Source: Stellaceae bacterium
GTDB lineage: Bacteria; Pseudomonadota; Alphaproteobacteria; ATCC43930; CGMCC-115725
Assembly (NCBI GenBank): GCA_036278835.1
Contig: DASUKH010000133.1
Location: 3,273 to 67,272 of the forward strand
Reading direction: 5' to 3'
DNA length: 64,000 nucleotides
Shown here: positions 57,393-64,000 of the stretch, in pieces
How the letters are laid out: every line of letters starts with the position of its first letter
Numbering within the stretch: the first letter of the stretch is position 1
Position numbers and translations under genes: made by a program
The notes under the pieces: generated by a model
Databases searched by the model: none
Seen by the model: the letters and a program-made list of their open reading frames with translations, nothing else
Told to the model about the DNA's origin: nothing

Positions 57393-57983
57393 TCACGGCG
57401 TCTTCTTGAAGATCGCGTCGTATGTCCGGCCCTGCGGCGTCGTCAGCCGACCCGCGAGATCGCCGTAGAGCGGCCGGAACCCGAACTGGCTACCATCGGA
57501 ATTCTGGAAGCGCAATTCGCCGCCGTGGACGATGCCGGTGCCGTGCAGCACGCCGCCCGAGCCGTTCGGGTTGGCGGTCATCGGACCAAAGACATAGACG
57601 ATGCGGGCCCTGCCGTCCGGCGCCACGGCTTCGACGATCAAGGCGGCGCACAGTTGCGGCGTCCACGACGCATCGCTCCAGATTCCGACAAAGCGGCGGT
57701 CTTGTTCGGGCGCCGAAGCGGCCTCGACCAGACGGGGCGTCACCGCCTGATGGCAGAAGATGCGCGGCTCGGGCGCGGCGGCAGGTGGCGGGGTCAGCGT
57801 CGCCGCATCGGGGCCGGGCCCCGGCGGCGATGTGGGCGCGGGTTCTATCGGCGGCAGCGGCTCCGGCGCGATCGAGGGCACCGCCGCACCGGGAAAGAGC
57901 GGCACCGGCCCGTCGGGCTGTTGCGCGATGGCGGCGGCCGGCGTCAGCAGCAGAAGCAGCGCGACGGCAAGGCGAACGAGCAT
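57393..57983 (-). CDS. hypothetical secreted protein with a Pro-rich N-terminal region
   Basis: Signal peptide MLVRLAVALLLLLTPAAAIAQQ. No motif recognised. Confidence 0.6.
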   Translation of the reverse strand: MLVRLAVALLLLLTPAAAIAQQPDGPVPLFPGAAVPSIAPEPLPPIEPAPTSPPGPGPDAATLTPPPAAAPEPRIFCHQAVTPRLVEAASAPEQDRRFVGIWSDASWTPQLCAALIVEAVAPDGRARIVYVFGPMTANPNGSGGVLHGTGIVHGGELRFQNSDGSQFGFRPLYGDLAGRLTTPQGRTYDAIFKKTP

Positions 57984-58199
57984 TGAAGGCTCCGAAACGG
58001 GCGGAACGAGCGGCGCAATCCCCCGCTCTCCCCGCCTTCCGCCGGGACAGCGGCTTGGGGATTATACGCCCCCTTGCCGGCAGTCATGGCGAGCGGCGCG
58101 CTAAAATTACCGGGTCGGTTCGCCGGCTGCTTCCCCGGCCCGCGATTTTGCGGAATTATGTAGCTGACTCACCGTTAGGCAACAGCGAGTCTCTCGTCT

Positions 58200-58817
58200 T
58201 CACGGCTCAAGTATTTTAGATATAAGGCCAACGTATGCCGGGTCAAACAGGGTCTTGATATAGTCAACAGGAATACGAAATGCGGTAGCGATCTGCATCT
58301 CGCTATATTTCTTGGCGGACCCATTCTCTATCATGCGACGGCGATCCCGGATCGGGCAAAGCAGCTCTAGGGCGCAAATCTGCGCCGTTCTTTCAGAAAG
58401 AAAGGGACGGTACGCAGCGGAAATCTCCACTGGGTGGGCTGATTGTAATGCTTCTATTAGTCTCTCAATTTCTGGAAAAGATGAAACCTGAACGGTGGAA
58501 TCCTCTTCCAAGCTATGGCAAATCTCTTTACACACAACGAAGCGTGTCCAACAGAAATTTAGGCTGTTGGCATAATCTATTTCAACAACAGTGCCGTTTC
58601 CCGAATATGGGACATACTGCCCTTCGTAACGGCGGAAGCGTCCCCTCACTGGGTTCAGATTCTCGTCTGCTCCGTCCGGATACTTATTAAACCGGATAAA
58701 ATCGATGCCAGTGACCTCAACGATCGCTGCCCGGATATCTTCTAGCTTATATGGGAGATGTCCCGGCGGATGTCTGCGATCAACGATCGCCCGAATCCGG
58801 CGAACCGCATCTAGCAT
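58200..58817 (-). CDS. ImmA/IrrE (COG2856, peptidase M78)-like protein with KExxH in place of HExxH
   Basis: NFCWTRFVVCKEICHSLEED aligns with the family pattern ..RF..aHElgH; SERTAQICALELLCP aligns with E.eAN.FA.eLLmP; SEMQIATAFRIPVDYI aligns with the C-terminal helix. ATG at 58817 preceded by GGGAAGGA. Low-GC codon usage. Confidence 0.6.
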   Translation of the reverse strand: MLDAVRRIRAIVDRRHPPGHLPYKLEDIRAAIVEVTGIDFIRFNKYPDGADENLNPVRGRFRRYEGQYVPYSGNGTVVEIDYANSLNFCWTRFVVCKEICHSLEEDSTVQVSSFPEIERLIEALQSAHPVEISAAYRPFLSERTAQICALELLCPIRDRRRMIENGSAKKYSEMQIATAFRIPVDYIKTLFDPAYVGLISKILEP

Positions 58818-58842
58818 AAAATAATGTCCTTCCCGATAGCAA

Positions 58843-58864
58843 GGCGGGCGCCGAAGCGCCCGCC
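58843..58864 (-). other. intercistronic 9-bp GC hairpin with a UUCG tetraloop (on the transcribed minus strand)
   Basis: GGCGGGCGC-cgaa-GCGCCCGCC on the plus strand, so C(UUCG)G in the mRNA sense. Lies between the 73-aa gene stop (58890) and the ImmA-like start (58817). No U-run follows. Confidence 0.6.
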
Positions 58865-58889
58865 CTCACGCGATCGTAAAGGTAAAAGA

Positions 58890-59111
58890 TTACCCGATCA
58901 ATGGACCAAACGGCTGCGGATCGATATCATGCAGCCACCGATCACTGATCTCACACTCGCCAGCCTTGAGGGAGTCGTCAATACGGTTCATCCCGGACAG
59001 AATCTCGGCCTCCGACAGGCTCCTGGCCTGGAGAACGAACAGCTTCATGTCGATGAGGCCGAGTTCTTTAGCGGCGGCGAGGTTCGCCATGGCTCTATCT
59101 CGCTCGGTCAT
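58890..59111 (-). CDS. hypothetical 73-aa protein, upstream partner of the ImmA/IrrE-like gene
   Basis: ATG at 59111 with GGAGGGAGAGAGG 10-12 nt upstream. MTERDRAMANLAAAKELGLIDMKLFVLQARSLSEAEILSGMNRIDDSLKAGECEISDRWLHDIDPQPFGPLIG. No motif recognised. Confidence 0.55.
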   Translation of the reverse strand: MTERDRAMANLAAAKELGLIDMKLFVLQARSLSEAEILSGMNRIDDSLKAGECEISDRWLHDIDPQPFGPLIG

Positions 59112-59226
59112 GGCACACCAACCTCTCTCCCTCCATCACGTCAAGGGCAGCTACCCGCGCTAGGTCGCGTATAACGCGTCCGAGCCGGATCGAATTCCGC
59201 GATCTGCGAAAATCGTTACGCTGCGC

Positions 59227-59256
59227 ACTATAGGAGGGAACAGAGCGAGCCGTCAA
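59227..59256 (-). promoter_or_regulatory. sigma70-like promoter TTGACG-N18-TATAGT for the 73-aa / ImmA-like pair
   Basis: On the minus strand, -35 at 59256-51 and -10 at 59232-27, about 115 nt upstream of the ATG at 59111. Embedded in the right arm of the 59242-59309 palindrome. Confidence 0.45.
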
Positions 59257-59309
59257 CACGCGCCTTCCGAAACTTTAAGTTTCGTATCGGCGCGTGCTCA
59301 TCTCGCTCT
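59242..59309. other. 68-bp three-tier inverted repeat
   Basis: AGAGCGAG (59242-49) / CTCGCTCT (59302-09); CACGCGCC (59257-64) / GGCGCGTG (59289-96); GAAACTT-T-AAGTTTC (59269-83). Lies between the two cassette operons. Confidence 0.7.
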
Positions 59310-59345
59310 CCGTCAGAGGCCCAGAGGGCATACGTCTCTAGCTCG

Positions 59346-59639
59346 TTACACGCTGCTCCGTCCGAAATAGAAACCGGTAGCCGCCCCCACCAGCGCGACG
59401 GTTGGTCCCAAAAAGATCGTCGCCATCTCCCTGACCGCCTCGACACGCTCGGGGAGGGCTGCGCAATTCGCGGATAGGAACCAAAGACCGAAGCCGATCT
59501 CGGCCGCGAGAATCACGACCAAGCCGATAGCCAGCAGCCCACGAATCGGCTCGCGGAAGCGTGGCTCCTTCTGGCCAACGGCCGGCGCGGTCGGCTGAGC
59601 GACGACCGGAACTGATGGAGGGTCTATGGCAACCACCAC
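59346..59639 (-). CDS. small membrane protein, two predicted TM helices
   Basis: IRGLLAIGLVVILAAEIGFGLWFL and MATIFLGPTVALVGAATGFYFG. GTG start (59639), so the start is uncertain. Overlaps the preceding ORF by 16 nt. Confidence 0.55.
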   Translation of the reverse strand: MVVAIDPPSVPVVAQPTAPAVGQKEPRFREPIRGLLAIGLVVILAAEIGFGLWFLSANCAALPERVEAVREMATIFLGPTVALVGAATGFYFGRSSV

Positions 59640-59851
59640 GGACCACGGCGGCCATTAATGTGGATCGCACGATGCAAAGCACGAGCAGCTGCCTCATCGA
59701 TCGGCTTCGTCGGTTCATCTGGCGGCGCCGCTGGGTGTGCCGGCGCTGCTGTGTCTGGATTGATTGTCGGCACGTTGCCGATGCGCCGTCCGGGCAGAGG
59801 CGGCCCAACGTCGGGCGGTGTAGGGGGGCCTACGAAGCCGTCGTCGATCAT
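59624..59851 (-). CDS. possible Pro-rich 75-aa protein
   Basis: The ATG at 59851 follows the RHH stop in TAAGGGGAGGCGCGGCCCAACCATG. MIDDGFVGPPTPPDVGPPLPGRRIGNVPTINPD... Low-complexity sequence, so coding status is uncertain. Confidence 0.35.
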   Translation of the reverse strand: MIDDGFVGPPTPPDVGPPLPGRRIGNVPTINPDTAAPAHPAAPPDEPTKPIDEAAARALHRAIHINGRRGPWWLP

Positions 59852-59870
59852 GGTTGGGCCGCGCCTCCCC

Positions 59871-60164
59871 TTAGATAAGAATGATCTCTCTGATCGTGTG
59901 ATCGGGCGTCTCAATCAGAATGCGGGCACCTTCCTGACGGGCTTTGATCAGAAAGAGTTCGGTGCCCAACGCACGTCGCACGACCTCAGCAAATGAGACA
60001 CCACCCCTCAAGGCAGCGATGTCCTCAAGTACCTTTCTCGCTTCCGGGGATAGCCGGAGCGTCAAGCGGGAACCGCCCTCGACATATTCGGGGTTTTCCG
60101 CTTCCTCATTAGAGGCCCGACTGGCGGCATTCGGGTCCCGAGGCGCGGTATTCGGGTCAGCCAT
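59871..60164 (-). CDS. ribbon-helix-helix (CopG/Arc/MetJ-type) protein with a disordered N-terminal tail and a C-terminal beta-rich extension
   Basis: RLTLRLSPEARKVLEDIAALRGGVSFAEVVRRAL fits the strand-helix-helix pattern. AGGAG lies 7 nt upstream of the ATG at 60164. Confidence 0.7.
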   Translation of the reverse strand: MADPNTAPRDPNAASRASNEEAENPEYVEGGSRLTLRLSPEARKVLEDIAALRGGVSFAEVVRRALGTELFLIKARQEGARILIETPDHTIREIILI

Positions 60165-60195
60165 GCGTTACTCCTGAGCTCTAGTCGCGGCGGTG

Positions 60196-60224
60196 ATACT
60201 ACCGCCACTTAGTCGTCTGTTCAA
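60196..60224 (-). promoter_or_regulatory. sigma70-like promoter TTGAAC-N17-TAGTAT for the RHH operon
   Basis: On the minus strand, -35 at 60224-19 and -10 at 60201-196, about 30 nt upstream of the ATG. ACGCC/GGCGT half-sites at 60224-28, 60234-38 and 60246-50 abut the -35. Confidence 0.45.
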
Positions 60225-60577
60225 CGCCTAAAAGGCGTCAAAATGACGCCATGGTGGCAGAAATTTAGTGTCGCTTTGGGGGTATGGTAGGGGGTCGCGC
60301 TATTTTTTAGCTATTTGCGCGATCTTGCTACGTTGCAATTAAGCAACATAAACCATTAAATTGAACGGCGCAGCGCCTACCGTGCAATTAATTTCCGGTG
60401 TCGAGATGGACATTTCTGACGCCGATCGCCTCCATGACCTGGAGGAAAAAGACCGCTTTGAGCCCCACGTTGTCACAGCCCAATCAGCGGCGCATCTGGG
60501 CGGCCGACCGTCGCGATTCGGGCGCGAGGCGTCTTCTAGTTGGGTGATACAAATACATAATTCCGCGATTTTGCGGC

Positions 60578-60922
60578 TCAGAGATCGGTCTCGGCGGTTT
60601 GGCCGGGCATCAGCTGCGCCTTGGTCCACAGCGACCAGACGCCGGCGACCGGCGCCTTCGGGTTGGGATCGTGGCGCCAGCACAGGGTGGCGCCGTCCGG
60701 CACGACGAACGATTGCGGTGTGTCCTTGTGCATCACCAGCTTGCGGCTGCTGATAAAGCCGTCGGTGCGGCTGTCGCAATCGGCGCGCCGGGTCAGGACG
60801 ATTTCGACATTGACCCGGTCCCAATAGGGATCGTTAAGCGTCAGCCGCCCGGCGCCGGGCGGCAGCGCGGAACAGGCGCTCAGCACCAGGAAGCTCGCCG
60901 CGATGGCGCCCCGCAACCGCAT
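60578..60922 (-). CDS. small lipoprotein
   Basis: MRLRGAIAASFLVLSAC lipobox. ATG at 60922 preceded by GGAGGGGGA. Its stop lies 6 nt outside the cassette duplication. Confidence 0.65.
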   Translation of the reverse strand: MRLRGAIAASFLVLSACSALPPGAGRLTLNDPYWDRVNVEIVLTRRADCDSRTDGFISSRKLVMHKDTPQSFVVPDGATLCWRHDPNPKAPVAGVWSLWTKAQLMPGQTAETDL

Positions 60923-60939
60923 TCCCCCTCCGCCTCGCC

Positions 60940-61809
60940 TCAGAACGGGCGGTCGCCTTTGATCTGGGTGCGGTGCATGACCCGGCGGGCCGCCGGGTCG
61001 AAGGCATCGCGCCGGTGCATGACGCAGCGGTTGTCCCACAGGATCAGGTCGCCGGCCCGCCATTGCTGATACCAGGTGAATTCATCCCGCGTCGCGTGCG
61101 CCCACAGCGCGTCGAGCAGCGCCTCGCTGTCGGCGAGCGACAGGCCGGGGATGTAGGCGTTCCGCCGGCGGCCGAGGAACAGCGCCTTGCGGCCGGTGAC
61201 CGGATGGGTCCGCACGATCGGATGCTCGGCGCCAACCGTGTGGCTCGGATCGGCGGCATCGACATGACCGCGGCGCAATTCGCCGGCGCTGTTGCGGCTG
61301 GCGTCGTGCCGGCAGGCCCGGCCCTCAACGGCGCCCCGCAACTCGGCTGAAAGCGTGTCGTAGGCGCGGTACATGTTGCAGAAGCCGGTGTTGCCGCCGG
61401 CAGCCGGCGCCTCCAGCGAATAGAGGGCCGAGGCCATCGGCGGCTCGGCGATGTACGACATGTCGGTGTGCCAGACCGCCTCGTAGGCGCCGAGCTGGCC
61501 GATCGGCTTGCCGGCCTCGACGACGTTCGAGACCACCATGACGTAGTCGCGGCCCTCGGGAGCGTCGTGCGCGGCCGCGACCGGCGCCCAGTCGAGTTCG
61601 CCGAACTGCCGGCTGAAGCGCATCAGATCGTCGTCGCAGAGGCGTTGGCCGCGAAAGCGCAGGACGAGGTGGTCGCCCCAGGCTTCTTTGATCGCGCCCG
61701 CGGCTTCCGGAGTCAGGTCGGCGGAGAGATCGATTCCTTCGATATCGGCGCCGAGCGTCGCCGCGGTCGGCCGCACCCGCACCTCTTCGCGTTCGGTGAC
61801 TGCGCTCAT
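60940..61809 (-). CDS. TauD/TfdA family Fe(II)/2-oxoglutarate-dependent dioxygenase
   Basis: LGADIEGIDLS, WHTDMSY (HxD), LWDNRCVMHRR. Confidence 0.88.
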   Translation of the reverse strand: MSAVTEREEVRVRPTAATLGADIEGIDLSADLTPEAAGAIKEAWGDHLVLRFRGQRLCDDDLMRFSRQFGELDWAPVAAAHDAPEGRDYVMVVSNVVEAGKPIGQLGAYEAVWHTDMSYIAEPPMASALYSLEAPAAGGNTGFCNMYRAYDTLSAELRGAVEGRACRHDASRNSAGELRRGHVDAADPSHTVGAEHPIVRTHPVTGRKALFLGRRRNAYIPGLSLADSEALLDALWAHATRDEFTWYQQWRAGDLILWDNRCVMHRRDAFDPAARRVMHRTQIKGDRPF

Positions 61810-61925
61810 ATCGCCTTCCTTTCGCGCCCTCTTGTTACCTGCGGGCCCGTCACGCCGGCGCGCCCGTCGCCAAAATTGCCGCGTCGCGGGCGGCAGCGCA
61901 AACGACTCTTGCGCCCGTGCGGCTT

Positions 61926-62972
61926 TTACGCGTCGGCCTCCTCAAACGCGGCGAGGGTCTCTTCGATCGTCGCCTGCGGCAGGTCACGGGTGATGAACAC
62001 GATGCGGGAGCGGCGATCCTCGGAGGGCCACGCCGGCAGCAATACCGGCGGATGAAACAGGTGCTGCACCCCGTGCAGCACGACCGGCTGGTCCGGCCGG
62101 TCGGCCAGCGCGACGATCGCCTTGACCCGCAACAGATCGTCGCCGCGCATCGAGGCGAGCGCATCGAGCCATCCCGATAAAGCGGCCCACGACATCGGCC
62201 GCTCGCGGGTGATGCAGAAGGCGCGGATGCGCGCGTCGTGACGATTCACGTCGGGCGCTTCGTGGCCGTGATGGTGGTCATGCGCCGCCACGATCTGCTC
62301 GTCGCGCAGCCAGCGCCGGACTTCGATGCTCTTCGCCTGCGGGTCGAACAGGCCGAGGCCGAACAATGCCGCCGGATCGATCGCGCCCTGCGCCGCCCGC
62401 ATAATGGCGGCGCCGGGGTTGAGGGCGGCGAGCCGCGATTCGAGCGCCGCCAATCCCGCCGCTTCGGCAAGGTCGGCCTTGGTCACGATCAGGCGGTCGG
62501 CCACCGCCGCCTGCTTCAACGCCTCGATATGGCGGTCGAGCGTGCTGGCGCCGTTGACCGCATCGACCGTCGTCACCACCCCGTCCAGCATGTAGCGGTC
62601 GGCGACGATCGGGTCGGACATCAGCGCGTGCACGACCGGCGCCGGGTCGGCAAGCCCGGTCGTCTCGATCACCGCGCGCTTGAAGTCCACCCTTCCCTTT
62701 GCGCGCTTGACGAACAGATCGGTCAGGGTGTCGGCGATGTCGCCGCGCACGGTGCAGCACAGACAGCCGCTATTGAGCAGCACGACATCGTCGGTGGCGC
62801 TTTCGACGAGCAGATGGTCAAGGCCGATCTCGCCGAATTCGTTGATGATGACGGCGCTCGCCGCCATGCCGGGCTGCTTCAGGACGTGGCTCAGCAGCGT
62901 CGTCTTGCCGCTGCCGAGAAACCCGGTCAGCACCGTTACCGGGATGCGCGAGGCGGCCGGGGTCGCGGTCAT
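61926..62972 (-). CDS. CobW/G3E-family GTPase (putative metallochaperone)
   Basis: VTVLTGFLGSGKTTLL P-loop, GCLCCT (CxCC), VIETTGLADP, His-rich AHDHHHGHE. Confidence 0.88.
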   Translation of the reverse strand: MTATPAASRIPVTVLTGFLGSGKTTLLSHVLKQPGMAASAVIINEFGEIGLDHLLVESATDDVVLLNSGCLCCTVRGDIADTLTDLFVKRAKGRVDFKRAVIETTGLADPAPVVHALMSDPIVADRYMLDGVVTTVDAVNGASTLDRHIEALKQAAVADRLIVTKADLAEAAGLAALESRLAALNPGAAIMRAAQGAIDPAALFGLGLFDPQAKSIEVRRWLRDEQIVAAHDHHHGHEAPDVNRHDARIRAFCITRERPMSWAALSGWLDALASMRGDDLLRVKAIVALADRPDQPVVLHGVQHLFHPPVLLPAWPSEDRRSRIVFITRDLPQATIEETLAAFEEADA

Positions 62973-63275
62973 CGCGCCATCATAGAGAGGGAAGGCGAAA
63001 AGAAAACCGGTCAGGCCCGCGGCACGAGGTCAATCCGTCGCACCGGTCCGCGGGAACGCTGCCGCCCCGGCTGCCGTACAAGGCCGGCGGTTCGCTTTGG
63101 CCTCGCAACCGCTGATTTATCAGGGGGATAATCGTGTACCCTATGTTTTACTGGGCCGGCATCGCGGTGTTTGTCGCGTGGACCGCGTTCTCCGCCTATT
63201 CGGCGGTCGCCGGGTTTTGACCGTTGATCCGGCCGCTGCCCGCCCCCATCGTGCCGCTTCGGGGGAGAACGGCAC

Positions 63276-63485
63276 ATGCGGTGGACAACCGGGCTGGCGC
63301 TGCTGGGGGTATTGCTGGTGGGTGGCTGCGGCGGCGGTCAGCGGTGCCCGATACCGGTTCATTATGACGACGCGACTCTGCAGAAGATCGAGAAGGCGCG
63401 CGAGGCGCTGCCGCGCGACAACGTCCTGCAGCAGGTGCTGATCGATTACGAGAACGAGCGCGACGATCTGCGCCATTGCGATTGA
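63276..63485 (+). CDS. small putative lipoprotein
   Basis: MRWTTGLALLGVLLVGGC lipobox, then a charged helical segment. Confidence 0.5.
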   Translation: MRWTTGLALLGVLLVGGCGGGQRCPIPVHYDDATLQKIEKAREALPRDNVLQQVLIDYENERDDLRHCD

Positions 63486-63568
63486 TTGCGCCCAGCGCCG
63501 ACGGCGAGCGGCTTGACAGGGCCGCCGCGGCCGCTATCAGGGGGGCGGCGAGGCGAGGATAAAAGCAC

Positions 63569-64000
63569 ATGAAGCGGGCTTTCGTTTTTCCCGGGCAGGG
63601 GTCGCAGGCCCCCGGCATGGGCGCGGCTTTGGCCGGCGCCTTCCCGGCTGCGCGGCAGCTCTTCCAGGAAATCGACGACGCCTTGTCGATCCACCTGTCG
63701 CGGCTGATGTTCGAGGGGCCGGAGAGCGAGCTGACCCTGACCGAGAACGCCCAGCCGGCGCTGCTCGCCGCCAGCCTCGCCGTGCTGCGCGTGCTCGAAA
63801 GCGAGGCCGGGTTCGATCTCGCGCACGGGGCAGCCTACGTCGCCGGCCACTCGCTCGGCGAATACTCGGCCTTGGCGGCGGCGCGCGCCCTGTCGGTCGC
63901 CGATGCGGCGCGGCTCGTTCGGCGGCGCGGCCAAGCGATGCAGCGGGCGGTGCCGGTCGGCGCCGGCGCGATGGCGGCGCTGCTCGGGCTCGATATCGCG
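63569..64000 (+). CDS. fabD: malonyl CoA-ACP transacylase, N-terminal part (runs off the window end)
   Basis: MKRAFVFPGQGSQAPGMG, TENAQPALLA, GHSLGEYSAL. Confidence 0.92.
   Translation, partial: MKRAFVFPGQGSQAPGMGAALAGAFPAARQLFQEIDDALSIHLSRLMFEGPESELTLTENAQPALLAASLAVLRVLESEAGFDLAHGAAYVAGHSLGEYSALAAARALSVADAARLVRRRGQAMQRAVPVGAGAMAALLGLDIA

Larger units (their letters stand above)
58150..60566. mobile_element. 2417-bp transposase-less cassette bounded by perfect 13-bp terminal inverted repeats with a 6-bp direct duplication (mobile-insertion-cassette-like)
   Basis: Left end GATTTT|GCGGAATTATGTA (58144-49 | 58150-62). Right end TACATAATTCCGC|GATTTT (60554-66 | 60567-72). The arms are exact reverse complements. 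The interior is visibly more AT-rich than its flanks. All five internal genes are on the minus strand. Confidence 0.7.

Noticed and set aside
58448-59174. Plus-strand ORFs inside the cassette (58448..58690, 58824..59174, 58966..59163).
   Set aside because: They lie antisense to better-supported minus-strand genes that have SD sequences and promoters, and they show no motifs.
60361-60753. 130-aa plus-strand ORF starting in the cassette's AT-rich end.
   Set aside because: It crosses the terminal inverted repeat and continues antisense through the lipoprotein gene. It has no SD and becomes Arg-rich noise outside the cassette.

Overview
High-GC (roughly 65-70% by eye) alphaproteobacterial chromosome segment. 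The fused transaldolase/phosphoglucose-isomerase next to a short-form gnd, zwf and gntK suggests an Acetobacteraceae/Rhodospirillales-like organism (inference only). Most of the window is housekeeping: pentose-phosphate operon, rpsD, putA, pyrE, ilvA, tatBC, a tightly coupled dgt-argS-SPOR-nagZ-M50-scpA-scpB array, mscL, tRNA-Lys(CTT), grpE-hrcA and the start of fabD. It also holds envelope and lipid genes: an O-antigen-ligase-like protein, a GT4, an OmpA-like porin, a 2479-aa fully reducing type I PKS followed by an alpha-oxoamine synthase (RkpA/RkpG-like), and a methyltransferase-GT2-GT4 fusion. Three things stand out. (1) At 58150-60566 a visibly lower-GC 2.4-kb cassette is bounded by perfect 13-bp terminal inverted repeats and a 6-bp direct duplication. 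It has no transposase and carries two small operons of uncharacterised genes, each with a near-consensus promoter: an RHH regulator, a Pro-rich peptide and a 2-TM protein; and a 73-aa protein with an ImmA/IrrE-like protein whose HExxH is KExxH. This is my best candidate for an undescribed system. (2) The imuA-imuB-dnaE2 SOS mutagenesis cassette looks decayed: one frame break in dnaE2, one in imuB, and at least five small palindromic repeat insertions. (3) Several families of small palindromic (REP/MITE-like) repeats occur in intergenic regions and, read in frame, inside dnaE2, imuB and a penicillin-acylase gene. No CRISPR array, rRNA, integrase or transposase was seen. Everything comes from reading the sequence and ORF track by eye; no searches were run. 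Family assignments rest on recognised motifs, and start codons are often uncertain.
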